Origin: Octopus sinensis
Lineage: Eukaryota
Assembly: GCF_006345805.1 (NCBI RefSeq)
Contig: NC_043010.1
Span: 35,774,001 to 35,838,000, forward strand
DNA: 64,000 bases
Direction: 5' to 3'
Below, piece by piece: positions 26,342 through 40,894 of the stretch (the stretch's first letter is position 1; every line of letters starts with the position of its first letter). The notes beneath the pieces are model-generated. The model saw only the letters and a program-made list of their open reading frames with translations, made no database searches and was not told the origin of the DNA. The translations under genes and the position numbers were made by a program.

Positions 26342-26670
26342 GTAAAGACCCCCTTCGGTCATGAATGACCATGGGATTGCACCTAGAAAGTTACCCTCCT
26401 AGACACAAGTCCGGGCAAGGTTGTTTATGGAAGACCAGCAGTCGCCCATGCATACCAGCCTCCCCTCTCCACGCCACCAGTGTTATCCAAGGGAAAGACA
26501 AAGGTCGATACAGCTTGGCACCAGTGACGTCGCAACTCACTCAGTGAGTGAACTGGAGCAACGTGAAATAAAGTGCTTTGCTCAAGAACACAACACGCAG
26601 CCCGGTCCGGGATTCGAGCTCACAACCTCACGATCGTAAGCTCGATGCTCTAACCACTGAGCCATGCACC
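26340..26670 (-). mobile_element. SINE family C with tail Z, full length
   Basis: tRNA-like head TGGCTCAGTGGTTAGAGC..TCGAATCC, CORE-like TTCTTGAGCAAAGCACTT, tail ending CATGACCGAAGGGGGTCTTT. Confidence 0.85.
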
Positions 26671-26727
26671 TTCACTATGTATGTATATATGTATATATAT
26701 ATATATATATGTCCACATCTCCTTTTT

Positions 26728-26813
<86 letters not shown>

Positions 26814-26876
26814 ATATATATATATATATATATAATATATAATATATATATATATATTATATATATATATATATAT

Positions 26877-26921
<45 letters not shown>

Positions 26922-26937
26922 CACACATATATATATA

Positions 26938-27265
26938 CAGGGTGTCCAAAAGTCAGTGATGTACAAGTCAAGAGGGTTTACATCAACAAACCGATGACCC
27001 TGGTGCAACTGAAGGAGAGCGTCAATAGAGAAATCAGAGAAGTGGGGTCTGAAACTCTTGAGGAAACAGCACTGGCATACAAAGCCGAAAATAGTTGCCA
27101 TTTAAGTGATATCATTTTTCATGTGAAGTAGTGGTGTTGCAAAATTTGACTCGTGCATATTAGTTTCCATTATTTCCTTTATAATGTATCAAAATTCCAT
27201 GCATATATTTGTAAAGTTAAGGAAGTTATTAAAAATTAAAACCCGTCTAGTAGTAGAATGCCCGT
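26938..27265 (+). mobile_element. Internally deleted Tc1/mariner (rosa-like) remnant
   Basis: TA-CAGGGTGTCC terminus followed by the transposase C-terminal peptide [30 protein letters not shown]. Confidence 0.6.
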
Positions 27266-28261
27266 CATATTTATAGGTCACGTATGCGACCAACCCGTGT
27301 TCCAATGTCTACTTTTTTTTTTCAGACGCTAGAACGTGATTTGAGAACGCTTCTGATTATTGGTTTCTGGCGGGTTCAGTGACTACGCAGATGCTCTCTC
27401 CTAGCCTCGGATCCAATTCTGCCAACTGAGCACCATTCTGTCAATCACGTTTCTGATATGGCTGTATTGCTAACGACGCCACATTGCTTATGACATTTTC
27501 AGAAAAAACCTCTTCTGAAATATCAACCTTGTCATGACATTTTATCATCCTCTGTTTCTACTGTTGCAACATTGCTTTCGCCTTGCTATTCAGAATTAAC
27601 TTCATACTGATGATGCTTTCTTTTGAATCCAATGTTGTCTTGGCAAATGTTACAAATACATTTTTTAAAGAATTACTTTATCAGTTATATGCAAACACCG
27701 TCTTTTCAATGGCATATCTGTTTAGCTTTAGGTTAGTCGTGATCGAGCAGAACTTTGATCAAAGGTATTCTAGCCTTGATCGTCCCAACTTTTATTTCAG
27801 ACATTGTGTATACAAGAATACATCACCCAATGTGTCCTTCCTTTTTCTATTTTCTTTTAAAATGTTGCAATATGATTTGAGGGAGGTTTGTTATTTCTAG
27901 CACGATGAGCAATTGCATAGGGGTTCCCTTAATCCCACGCAAACACATATACACATTTCCCTATGCATTTAAAAATCATGAACCACATATGTCTGTGGTT
28001 AGCATCGGGTTTGTGGTAATTGTCTTACGTTTACTTAAGCAAAATATTTAGGAGGCCTTGTATAAAGGGACTTTTTACTAATTTTGTAACAAGGTATTCT
28101 TTTGAACCAATTTCCAGTCAGCTTTATAGAAGTTCCAAGTAGTCAAGGTTTGGATGTTTCCTCTGCAGCACAAATTTTCTTCATTTGAGGCATCGAGTGG
28201 AAAATATGATGAGCATACCACCGCATCGAGTTGTTTTATATCTACTATTTGTTTGCAACAG

Positions 28262-28303
<42 letters not shown>

Positions 28304-28326
28304 GCTACTACTACTACTACTACTAC

Positions 28327-28388
<62 letters not shown>

Positions 28389-28417
28389 AAAACTGTAGTT
28401 TGCATGTATGTACTTAC

Positions 28418-28495
28418 GTTGTTTATGCTGTTCATCCAGTATGAAAGATGTGTAAACGTTGAAGGGTTCGTCACATCGTACACCAGAACAATACC
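28418..28495 (-). CDS. Rab GTPase exon (GIVLVYDVTNPSTFTHLSYWMNSINN)
   Basis: tttttttcacAG acceptor, GTAAGT donor, 78 nt in phase 0; RabF5-type LVYDVT motif. Confidence 0.95.
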
Positions 28496-28570
28496 CTGTG
28501 AAAAAAAAATAGAGAAAAGCTTACAATGATTGTCTAGAATAATTTATGAAGAATCATAGACATCGGCAGA

Positions 28571-28676
<106 letters not shown>

Positions 28677-29431
28677 CAATAAGAAAATGGAGGGGATCAA
28701 TAGGTGGTATTCATCAACTTTTAGACATCATATTATGTCAATTTATTTATTTATTTACTAAAAGGATAATTAACATACAGGAATAGAAATTGGGATAATA
28801 TCTTACAGCTGTTTCAGCCAAGAGGCAAAAATACCTAATTCTACCTATATCCTTCCAGTAGACTGAAATAATTAGTAGATGAAATTGAGGTACTTTTCTT
28901 ATTGCTCTATAAATTAATGGTAAAATAGCTATTTACCGTCACCCATTTATTACACTCGGTAAAGTAATTGCCATGCAATAAATAAAAAAAAACACTTGTG
29001 TATTAATAATTGAGTATTCTACCAGCAGTATATTGGATAGATATTATCCCTTAGTTGTTTGGATTCACAACCTCAAATTTTCTTGGAATATATATTTATA
29101 TATATATATATACTAGCTGAATAACCCGTCCTTGCTGGGCAATTTTTACAATAGAATGTATTATATAAATTTTTGTTTATTCCAAGTCAAACCACGCCAT
29201 CCCCAACAGATAGGTCTCCTGATCAGGACAGATTTGTGCAATTTTTCGCCCAAAACTTCGTTGAGAATGATTTTGCTTTTAAAATTATTTGCATGTCTGC
29301 TCGACCGTTTCACATGACTTTATTCATTAAAACTTATTAAAATTTCAGAAGTTCTTACAACTTTGGTCGTCGTAATGCTTTGCTTTCGTTTGTTTAATAA
29401 AAATTCCCCCTCGTTAGGATTTTGCTTTCAT

Positions 29432-30227
29432 TTAGTGACACTTGATGTAAGTCTCTGTGTTGAATCTGAGGCCGTGTGGGAAGATGAATGGAGGCATAAC
29501 ATCGCCATCACTAGTGATCACTCCAAACACCATGACGTTGACTGGATGTTTGATTATAATCACTCCCGGTATATGTTTTGGGGACACGGCAAGCCAACGG
29601 TTGTTCTGTGCGTTCACCATCTGATCCTGGTAGAAAGTTTTCTCGTCTGAAAAAAACCAAATCATGTTTGGTTGGAGGGGATGCTCGATTTTGTTCAAAA
29701 GTTTCGTAGCTCGGTCTTTCCTCTTGTCCTTTATGGCTTGGGATAAAAATTGGCCCTTTCTCATATTGTATGCATTACTTGCATGATAAGAAACTCAGAC
29801 ACTCCCATGTCCCAGGCGATGGATCTGCTTGAATTGGAAGGATCGTTGTCAATCATGGCCCGGATCTCACCAACAAATGCAGGAGTTCTTTTCTTATCAG
29901 AACGATCAGAGTGAATTTTCCGATCTGCCGTACTTTCATAATCACTATTAGACTTATCCAACACTTTCTGAATCCTCTGCACCGTCCTCAGATTAACACC
30001 CGGACACTCTGAAATGTTCGTATTGGAGCATCCGGCGCGAATGCCAAGCAGTACAGCATGTCGTTCCCAAATTTCTGGCTGAGTGAATTGCGTCATGGTG
30101 CTGTTTTTCTCACAGACGGTGCCCAACTGACCCTACTATACTGTGTAGTCGACAAAAGCAAAAACAAACAACGTGCATGTACTAAATTAAAACTATAAAA
30201 TGAGGACAATATACTCATCGCACCCTA
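29432..30227 (-). pseudogene. maT/DD37D-like transposase 5' half with one terminus
   Basis: Two frameshifted ORFs (29761-30126, 29432-29764) with an HTH-like region, WFFSDEKTF, NAQNNRW and VMVFGVITSDG; (C/T)AGGGTG terminus near 30227. Confidence 0.75.
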
Positions 30228-30415
30228 TATATACATGTGTATGCACACAGACAGACACACACACACATACACACACACATTATTAATATTTGCATTACCA
30301 CGCCCTCGTGTTGTTGTTTCTTGTTTTTCTCTCATTTTTTGGGGATTAATTGATTATATGTATGTATAATTATATATATATATATATATATATCATATAT
30401 ATATATATAATTATG

Positions 30416-30446
<31 letters not shown>

Positions 30447-30529
30447 ATACATATATATAATTTTGTGTATGTATGAATGTATATATATAATTATTTTGTG
30501 TATGTCTGTCTGTATATATATATCGCGAT

Positions 30530-30750
30530 CGACCAGACTACCGAATGTTGTTATACATCGGTGGACACAGTGCGCTTTAAATCGTTTTAACTATCGAATG
30601 GTGCCTTCGTCAACATTCTCCCTGATCAGAAAGCTAGCCCGTTGCTGGGTTATCCATTTACAGCTGAGTGGACTGGAGCGACGTGAAATGAAGTATTTTG
30701 CTCAAGAATACAACCCACCCCTCAGGTCCGGGAATCGAATCTACGATGGC
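30530..30750 (-). mobile_element. SINE with C-type core and tail Y, degenerate
   Basis: Core CTTGAGCAAAATACTTCATTTCACGTCGCTCCAGTCCACTCAGCTG; 3' end similar to the 23513 copy. Confidence 0.6.
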
Positions 30751-30812
30751 CGCTAGGATATATGTGTGTGCGTGTGTGTGTGTGTATGGATAAATATATG
30801 TATCTATGCATG

Positions 30813-30843
<31 letters not shown>

Positions 30844-31559
30844 ATTATATTGTGCATCTCTATAAATACGCGTATACATAAATACATACATACAGATATG
30901 CATACAAAGACACGTGCCCGCAACGCGCGCGCACACACAAACACACACAGATACACACATACATATACACACACGCACACACACAGACATACACACACAC
31001 ACACACATACACACGCGCGCGCGCGCACAAGAACATTCTAAAATAAACAGAAAACCAAATCAATAGTTCTTAATTATGAAAGCTGGCTTTGAAACTTCCC
31101 GAAAAGATTTACTGAATACAAATTATCCTTTGCTTCTCAATTTGCAGCTGGAGTCGACATCGTGTATTGTCCCTAGAACTGATTTAGGCATACTAATGGA
31201 AAGAGCACAGTGGAGGTCACCCTGTTAACACCACGACAATGAGGGCTTGCTTCGAAACAACAAGGCATGTGAAAATAAGAAGAAAAGAAAAACGTTGATG
31301 AAGTACCGAATGCTTGCCTTATATTGACTATTAATAATAACCTTACAACTATCGAAGATGAAACATTTCGGTTTTGATCATATTCTCGCACTCGATACAT
31401 CTTAAGGAAGCAACATCAGATTTAATGAAGTCGTTGATCTTGCCGCAGATAGGGACCTACGAGAAGAACGGATAGGCCAGTCTTACATGCACAACGTCTT
31501 CGTGGGTTAGCCATTAGGAAAATGGAAAAGTGGTGGATGAGCTGATGTAATAAACAGAT

Positions 31560-32352
31560 CTGCTATACACACATGCGTACATACAACCTAGACCATTCTG
31601 CTATACACATATGCGTACATACAACCTAGACCATTCTGCTATACACACATGCGTACATACAACCTAGACCATTCTGCTATACACACATGCGTACATACAA
31701 CCTAGACCATTCTGCTATACACACATGCGTACATACAACCTAGACCATTCTGTTATACACACATGCGTACATACAACCTAGACTATTCTGTTATACACAC
31801 ATGCGTACATACAACCTAGACTATTCTGCTATACACACATGCGTACATACAACCTAGACCATTCTGCTATACACACATGCGTGCATACAACCTAGACCAT
31901 TCTGTTATACACACATGCGTGCATACAACCTAGACCATTCTGCTATACACACATGCGTGCATACAACCTAGACCATTCTGCTATACACACATGCGTGCAT
32001 ACAACCTAGACCATTCTGCTATACACACATGCGTACATACAACCTAGACCATTCTGTTATACACACATGCATACATACAACCTAGACCATTCTATTATAC
32101 ACACATGCATACATACAACCTAGACCATTCTGTTATACACACATGCGTGCATACAACCTAGACCATTCTGCTATACACACATGCGTGCATACAACCTAAA
32201 CCATTCTGCTATACACACATGCGTACATACAACCTAGACCATTCTGTTATACACACATGCGTACATACAACCTAGACCATTCTATTATACACACATGCAT
32301 ACATACAACCTAGACCATTCTGTTATACACACATGCGTACATACAACCTAGA
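31560..32352. repeat. 38-bp minisatellite, about 21 copies
   Basis: Unit CTGCTATACACACATGCGTACATACAACCTAGACCATT, head to tail with no spacers and few substitutions. Confidence 0.97.
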
Positions 32353-32669
32353 TCATGCGTCTAAATGGTAGTGATCCCATAACCAATACACTACAAAACT
32401 AGCTGACATATATGTTTATGTTTGTAGAAGAGACTTTTATCTATCTATGTTCATGTAATATATCATTTTGAAATGGAGATTTCGGTCTATTGATTTATGG
32501 TAATGGGTTTGATCCAATCTTTAGTCATGTTTATTTTAAGCTGTCAAATTAGTGTTGGAGGAAAGAAATACAAGATAATATTTTATGATTTCAAAATGGA
32601 ACGGGAAGCAACGAACATTACTCATAATTACAACAGATCGTTTGACCAAAGAAACGATGAAGATCGGTG

Positions 32670-33120
32670 GAAAAGAGAATATATACGCTGAACTATTGAG
32701 AAATCTGCAGTTACTCTATCCTGATTACCAGTTCAGGTTTATGTCTGTAATCATTGGGACACTGGGATATGTAACACACTGCCTAAATACCAATCTTGAG
32801 AAATTAGACTTCTCAAAAGAAAAAAAAAGAGAAAGCTGATTCGAAGACTACAAATCCAATTCATTTTTGGAACTGTAAAGATCTGTAAAACTTTCCAGAA
32901 GTTTATCATTTAAGCATATATGAGTATGTCTTGATATGCAACTATATGCATGCGAATACATATTAAAAAAAAACATACGAATCCGCACGTATACATACAT
33001 ATATACATACAAAAATACCCTGTTGTTATGTTGAGATTCCAATGAAGGGGCCTTGGATCTAGGTTAGAAATCGACTCTTTCTCTATTGGCAAGAAACCTT
33101 ACAATGAAACTGAATAATGA
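32670..33120 (+). mobile_element. 3' fragment of an RLE-type non-LTR retrotransposon (third family)
   Basis: KENIYAELLRNLQLLYPDYQFRFMSVIIGTLGYV..RRLQIQFIFGTVKICKTF resembles RLE C-termini; followed by a UTR ending at (ACAT)n. Confidence 0.6.
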
Positions 33121-33348
33121 CATACATACACTTACTACATGCATATATATATATACACGCACACACGCATTTATAATACATGTATGTATGCATGTCTGTG
33201 TATATATGTGTATTTATATATATGTATATATGTGCATATATATGTATGTATGCGTGTATATATATGTATGTATATATGTATATATGTATATATGTATATA
33301 TGTATATATATATATATATAGTTATATATACATACATATATGTATATG

Positions 33349-33482
<134 letters not shown>

Positions 33483-34037
33483 GTATATGTATATGTTTAT
33501 GTATATAATGTATATATATATATATATGTGTGTGTGTATGTATGTGTATATATATTAGGAAACAAAGAAATAGAAAAGGAAAAGCTTGAAAAAGCTAGTA
33601 GCCCCTAGAAAAATTAATGACTAAGTATTCAGATTTTTGTTCACTATTGTTTGTACATGCTATTAAAAACTGTGTAGCGTGTTTCGATTCCCTTCCTGTA
33701 TACAGACAGTCAGGCAGATCGAAAATGCTTGTTTCATTCTTTTTTTTTTACTTTTTACTTTTTGTTTCTCTTTTTTTTTTGTAATCTTTGGGACTGTGAT
33801 TGCCATTTTGTTATATGGCGTAATTTTCATATATTTACTATTGATCTGGAAGTATTGCTCGGTTAATAATTTCGATCGATACGATATGTCGATAGATCAA
33901 TTTATTCATGGTGTGTCTTGCTTACGGTCGTTGGTAGCTGTTATTTTGTCTCGTTATTGTTTAATCGAAGCCCAGCTCTGACCGATCAGACACGCAATGA
34001 AAGACGTTCGAAGCGTGACCACCGTGACTTTTTTGTC

Positions 34038-34154
<117 letters not shown>

Positions 34155-34934
34155 TATAAATGTCACATTTACCAACGTGTTTCTTTTATTATTTACGACG
34201 GTAGTATGTCTGATTTGAAGGAAATTTGGATCGAGAAAACTCATGATCAAAAACTTTCCAGTCATGACTAGCCCGACTCTTGTCCGCACATCGTACCGTG
34301 GAAATATTATCCAGTAAGCTCTTGTCGAAGATAGTACGGTATAGTTTGAAGGCGATTTGGTTGGTATTTCTCGCAGTTCGATTGACTACCTGAAGTTTCA
34401 TTTGTTGGTTCGTGTCGAATGATGGTAATGGTGGTGTCTGGCCGTAAATGTTCTTGGTGCAAGACCTTGTGTTGTCATTGTTTGCTGTTGTCTATGTTGA
34501 GTCCCATGCCAGCTGTTATCAACCAGACAAATTATCAAAAGTCAAAACCAAGACAATCCCATTTTCTTCAATTCGGACAGCATGCATTTAGGGCAATATT
34601 ATCTAATTCGTGCTTCATTTTCAGGTATGCTAGTTTGATTCGAAAGACATATCTATAACTTCTAGCAGTGGTAAATGTTAATGTCAGTTTTGATAGCTAT
34701 CTTGGTGACATTGTTATTGTTTATCACCATATCAGTCCCTACCGATATATATGGTACTTAATGAATTTTATTTGTTTTTTTTCCATCTATTTTATTTTAT
34801 ATTCTAATTAGTTTTTAAAATTATTTATTGAATTGGCTTCTTATTGAAATTGTTTTTTCTCTTTCAGCTTCTATCCCTTCTCCCTATATCCGAGCATTTT
34901 GTCACTTCCCCCTTTATTTTTCAAGAACCCATCT

Positions 34935-35165
34935 AGTGATGGTGAGGGGACAAACACAGACACACAAATACATACATACATATACATACATATATATGTG
35001 TGTGTGTATACGACGACCTTCTTTCAGTTTCCGTCTACCAAATCCACTCAAATTGGCCTGAGGCTATAGTAGTAGACACTTGCCCAAGGGGCCACGCAGT
35101 GGGACTGTACCCGGAACCATGTGGTTGGGAAGTAAGCTTCTTACCACACAGCCACGCCTGCGCCT
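34935..35165 (-). mobile_element. SINE family A, 5' half
   Basis: Reverse-complement match to the head of 2923-3325. Confidence 0.8.
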
Positions 35166-35250
35166 TTATAATATTAATTTTTATAATCCTTCAACAAATG
35201 CTTATAGCAGTATCAGTCGTCGAATAAACATTATAGTATATTTCGTTTGG

Positions 35251-35468
35251 TAAGGCGGCGAGCTGGCAGAAACGTTAGCACACCAGGCGAAATGCTTATT
35301 GGTATTCTGTCTGTCTTTACGTTCTGAGATCAAATTCCGCCGAAGTCGACTTTGCCTTTCTTCCTTTCGGGTTCGATAAATTAAGTACCAGTTGCGTACT
35401 GGAACCGATCTAATAGACTGGCCCTTGCCCCCAAAATTTCGTGTTTTGTGCCTAGAGTAGAAAAGAAT
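35251..35468 (+). mobile_element. SINE family D (tail B)
   Basis: Full head, core and tail match. Confidence 0.85.
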
Positions 35469-35755
35469 ATATTTCATTTGTTTTTAACAGGTTTTATCGC
35501 GGACTTATATTTTCATCTTTACTAATTTTCTTGTCATTTTCCCACAAATTTTGTTTAATTATATTTCTCTAAATCCTTTTTAATGTTTTTCACTGAATTC
35601 GCATCTTTTCACTGAAATTTTCTTGCTTCTACTCTTATTCTTACTAAGGTTCCTTATGGTTTATTTTCTCCACCTTCACTTTGCAAAATCTCACAGAGTA
35701 CTCTCTACCTCTCTGTCCCTCTTTCTCTCTTTTTACCTATGTATGTATGGATGGG

Positions 35756-35840
<85 letters not shown>

Positions 35841-35861
35841 TTGTCTTCCTACCTACCTACA

Positions 35862-35932
<71 letters not shown>

Positions 35933-36641
35933 ATCTATATGTCTGTCTGCCTGTCCCTCTATCCATCCATCCATCCATCCATCCGTCTGTCCGTCCGTCC
36001 GTCCGTCTGTCTGTCTGTGAATCAGTCAGTCAGTTTGTCTGTCAGTCTGTCTATATCTCGCCACACACAGCCTTCTGGATTTTATGCTATTATTTACGTT
36101 CTCTAATACCACTCATGAAGACATGACAGTTCTCTAACATCTTGCATGTTTTTTTTGCGACAACCATCACTAACACGAGCAACCATCCTTACAACCATCA
36201 TTATCACCACCACCACCACCACCACTACCACTACCATTATCACCACCAACAACAATAACAGTAAAAACCATTACCGCTGCCACAACCATTACCATCGTAA
36301 CCACCTCCACCAGTATCGCCAACTAGAACACCAAAACCATACTCGCCGCAATCACCAGCACAAGCATAGCCACCTCCAACACCACCACCACCACCACCAC
36401 CACCACTACCGCCGCCAACAACAACAAAACCAACAACCTAATACCCAGAGCAACTATGACGACAACCACCACCATACAATCACAACCAGCCTCACCACAA
36501 CAAAACTAAACCAATCATGGCCGCCATTGTCCAATTCATCGTCATCACCATCATAAACATTAATCTGGTTCTTCTTTAAAATCCTTTCCGTCCAACCAAA
36601 CCTTGTTTTTTCCATCTTCCTTCCTCCTCCCACTGTCTTTA

Positions 36642-36692
<51 letters not shown>

Positions 36693-36984
36693 CTTCTTCT
36701 TCTTCTTCTTCTTCTTCTTCTTCTTCTTCTTCTTCTTCTTCTTCTTCTTCTTCTTCTTCTTCTTCTTCTTCTTCTTCTTCTTCAAGTTCCATTTCCTTCC
36801 TCTCGTCCTATGTTTAATCCGTTATCAAATAAATGGATAACCGGATTAACTGTGAATATAGCTTTCCTCATAATACTATGATTAGATGGTAAATTACCGA
36901 AACCGATAAATAAATAAATAAATGAATAAATAAAACGTCACGCAAATCCGTGTATACAAAGACGCAGAGGTTATATAAGGAAGG

Positions 36985-37018
<34 letters not shown>

Positions 37019-37032
37019 ATATATATATGGTG

Positions 37033-37063
<31 letters not shown>

Positions 37064-37156
37064 TGTTGTATGTGTTGTGTGTATATATATATGTATATAT
37101 GTATGTATGTATGTATGTTTGTATGTAGTATGTATGTATGTACGTATGTATGCATT

Positions 37157-37256
37157 NNNNNNNNNNNNNNNNNNNNNNNNNNNNNNNNNNNNNNNNNNNN
37201 NNNNNNNNNNNNNNNNNNNNNNNNNNNNNNNNNNNNNNNNNNNNNNNNNNNNNNNN
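37157..37256. other. Assembly gap (100 N)
   Basis: Run of n; true size unknown. Confidence 1.
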
Positions 37257-37459
37257 TTTATGTATGTATTTATATATATATATATACATATATACGACGG
37301 GCTTCTTTCAGTTTCCGTCTACCAAATCCACTCAAAAGGCTTTGGTCGGCCCGAGGCTATAGTAGAAGACACTTACCCAAGGTGCCACGCAGTGGGACTG
37401 AACCCGGAACCATGTGGTTCGTAAACAAACTACTTACCACACAGCCACTCCTACGCCTC
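37257..37459 (-). mobile_element. SINE family A, 5' half abutting the gap
   Basis: Reverse-complement match to the family A head. Confidence 0.85.
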
Positions 37460-37935
37460 AATGATTAGCAGATCGATAAGCTACCGTGTCAGTCAAATCC
37501 TGAGTGTATATAATCTGTATAAGTTCCCACATAAAAAATTAGTTTCCAGGATTGGCAATGCTGCTTCTGCGGCCGCTGCTGCTGCTATTGTGCATACTGC
37601 CAGTAACAGCAAGTTGTTCTTAGCCTACGGTATATATGAACAGCTTAAAGCGTCAGAGGGGAAAAACTGCGGCCCGCGGGACTTTACTTTCAGAATGGTA
37701 CGTTTAACGAAAAATGATCTTTTTTTTTTTTCTCTTAATATCATGAGTCACCTGATTTTGTGCCATGATTCGTGCGGCACGTTTCTGGAAAAGGTTGCCC
37801 ATGCCTTTAGTAACAGCGAGGTATACTGGGGGTATTTGAGAACTACCTTCTTTTGACTGTACGTCGCGTCTGGGTACAATATAAATAGATTTCCTCTACA
37901 AGGTAATTTTATACTATATCTACCCTCTCACTCAA

Positions 37936-38268
37936 GACGTATGGCTCAGTGGTTAGAGAGTTGGGCTTACAATTGTGAGGTTGTGAGTTCGATTCCCGGC
38001 CCGGGCTGTGTGTCGTGTTCTTGAGCAAGACACTTTATTTCAGGTTGCACCAGTCCACTCAGCTGTAGAAAGGAGCTGTGACGTCACACGTGCCAAGCTG
38101 TATCAGCCTTTGCCTTTCCCTTAGGTAACATCAGTGGCGTGGAGAAGGGAGACTGGAATACACGACCGACTGCTGGTCTTCCACACACAACCTTGCCCGG
38201 ACTTGTGCCTCGGAGAGGAACTTTCTAAGTGCAGTCCCATGGTCATGCATGACAGAAGGATGTCTTTG
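37936..38268 (+). mobile_element. SINE family C with tail Z
   Basis: Match to the reverse complement of 26340-26670. Confidence 0.85.
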
Positions 38269-38640
38269 CTCTTTTTACCATCTCGTTATACCGAAATTCA
38301 CACCGCTCGATCCATTCTCCCACCAACTCTGTCACTAACTGTAAATAACTCACTAAAGGGAAATAATGTTGAAGAATTGAGGCAAATACACACACACACA
38401 CACACACGCACACGCACACGCACGCACACGCACACGCACGCTCATGCACACACATCATAAATGTAAATTGGCACCCATCATTATAACATTTTATGTTTGC
38501 AGACACTCTGGTGCTTCAGACATGTTAATGTGTTATGCACAAGGCATGTCTATTAAATACGAGATTAAGTATTTAAATGCCCCAAGAGGCATTACTTTAT
38601 TTCTAGAAATAAACCTTTCGAAACTGATGGCGTTTATATG

Positions 38641-39182
38641 CGGGGTTATTGAAAAGTAACCCCCTAATTGAAAATACTTATAAACTATTTATTAATCGTA
38701 ATTTTTTTCTCAACTATTTTGTGTTTGTTTTTTGAAGTATGAGAATTTAATCTGTCATCGTGTTTCTCTTGTCGTTCGTGAATGGCCGAATACCCACTTC
38801 CCCAGGAGAGATGGATGGATCATTGTGGTTCGCATGAGTGGCCGGCCAAGAGTCCCAACTTAATAACATGTCACTTTTTTTTGAGGGTTGGTTGGTTAAA
38901 GGAACAAGTCAACTGTACCAAACAAAAAGACTTTGGAAGAGCTTCAAGGGCAAACACGAGAAGTTATGTTTTCTTCCATCTCACAAGAGTTTCTGGTGAA
39001 ATCAGTTGACGCAATTCTTGGGCGACTCATGAAGCTGGTGACGACATCTGGAGCCCATACCGAATTTTAAATAAAACCTCATGCTAAAAGCTTTCCTCTC
39101 ATATCCATTTTTTGTTTTGTAAAAATGACAATTAATAATTTATAAGCATTTTAAAATAGGGCGTTACTTTTAAATCAACCTG
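38641..39182 (+). mobile_element. Internally deleted rosa/DD41D-like transposon
   Basis: Degenerate ~50-bp TIRs (AAAAGTAACSCCCTAWTTKAAAATRCTTATAAA); internal RWMDHCGSHEWPAKSPNLITCHFF..GWLKEQV. Confidence 0.7.
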
Positions 39183-39274
39183 TGTGTGTATATATACATA
39201 CATATATATATATATGCAGATATAGATATAGATATATGTATATATGTAAATATAATATATATATTATATATATA

Positions 39275-39363
<89 letters not shown>

Positions 39364-39505
39364 ATATATTATATATATAACTGTGTGTGTGCGTGTGTAC
39401 GATATGTATATGTACGATATGTCTACACGTGTCTCTGACTCAACCTTTTCCCGGCATCCTGAATGTTAAAACACCAAGATTCTAACGAATCCTACAACTG
39501 ATTAA

Positions 39506-39543
<38 letters not shown>

Positions 39544-39573
39544 CAAACACACACACACATACACACACACACG

Positions 39574-39605
<32 letters not shown>

Positions 39606-40452
39606 ACATACACACACACGCGCACACGCACACGCACACACACACATACACACACACACACGCACACACACACAAACACACATATATACTTTAGAGAAAA
39701 GTATTTTAAAGAAATTTCGCATATTGAAATCTCATTTAATCATCAATTCATTTGTCTCCAAAGAATTGCCTAATTAGATATTAATCTATTAACTCTTAGG
39801 TAATGACTTGAAATTCGTTTTACATCACCACAAGGTCCTATATTTGCAACTGGGGGGGGGGGGGAGCGCTATTTGTGGTGGGGGAAAAATGAATTTCATT
39901 GGTTCCCATGTAAATGAGTTGATGTCAATTTGGAATCGATTCAACCGAGATTAGATCTCAGAACGGAGGCACCTAACTAAATACAGTAAGGTATTCATTG
40001 AAACGTTTGGCCATGTGTGCATGTGTGTGTGTGTGTGTGTGTACGTGTTTGTGTGTGTACGTGCGCATGTATATATATTTACATACAAACATACACACAT
40101 ACATGTATGCATGCATGTATGTATCTATGTATCTATGTACGTTAGTATAGGCGCTGAATGGCCAAATGGTTTAGAAATTCGCTATGGAATCACGAGGGTC
40201 CGGGTTCAATCATGCTACGTGGCATTTACGTATAAACCTCCTTTGGTTAAAGCTTAGACTGGTTCGCTACATTATTTCTAATGGATTAAATCTAAAAAGA
40301 AATGAAAATTGAGTTATCGACTGTTTAAAGTCTGTATATTTTTTTCTTAAACACCCTGTAAATACATACATACGTTTGTATGTATGTATGTATGTATGTA
40401 TGTATGTATGTATGTATGTATGTATGTATGTATGTATGTATGTATGGAATTA

Positions 40453-40700
40453 GTTGTGTCCTTGAGCAAGACACTTTATTTCACGTTGCTCCAGTCCACT
40501 CAGCTGGCAAAAATGAGTTGTACTTGTATTTCAAAGGGTCAGCCTTGTCACTCTCTGTGTCACGCTGATTATCCCCGAGAACTACGTTAAGGGTACACGT
40601 GTCTGTGGAATGCTCAGCCATTTGCACGTTAATTTCACGAGCAAGCTGTTCCGTTGATCGTATCAGCTGGGACCCTCGTCGTCGTAACCGGCGGAGTCTG
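40453..40700 (+). mobile_element. SINE with C-type core and tail X, 5'-truncated
   Basis: Core as in family C; 3' part nearly identical to about 4225-4410. Confidence 0.8.
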
Positions 40701-40894
40701 TAATGTATGGAATTTACAAAAAAAAAAGCAAAAGAAGAAGACGGGTGTGTAAACAACAAACAGATGTATTAGTTTAACGCTCAGGAAGTGAGAAGGTCTT
40801 TTACGTTTCGAGCCTACGCTGTTCAAAAGAAAGGAACCAAGAAATAAGCAGGGAGAGAGAAAATAAAAAAGGTTTAGTGGCAAACGATCAGTCA

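Noticed and set aside
26600-26670. tRNA genes at SINE heads (also 4032, 23777, 37936)
   Set aside because: They continue into shared SINE bodies; no complete cloverleaf with a terminator was identified
29112-29140. ACTAGCTGAATAACCCGTCCTTGCTGGG, a Helentron-like terminus
   Set aside because: Matching other end not found
31560-32352. CRISPR array
   Set aside because: Head-to-tail 38-bp units with no spacers
37654-37807. hAT-like MITE (CTGCGGCCCGCGGG..AAAAGGTTGCCCA)
   Set aside because: Termini too degenerate and no 8-bp TSD found
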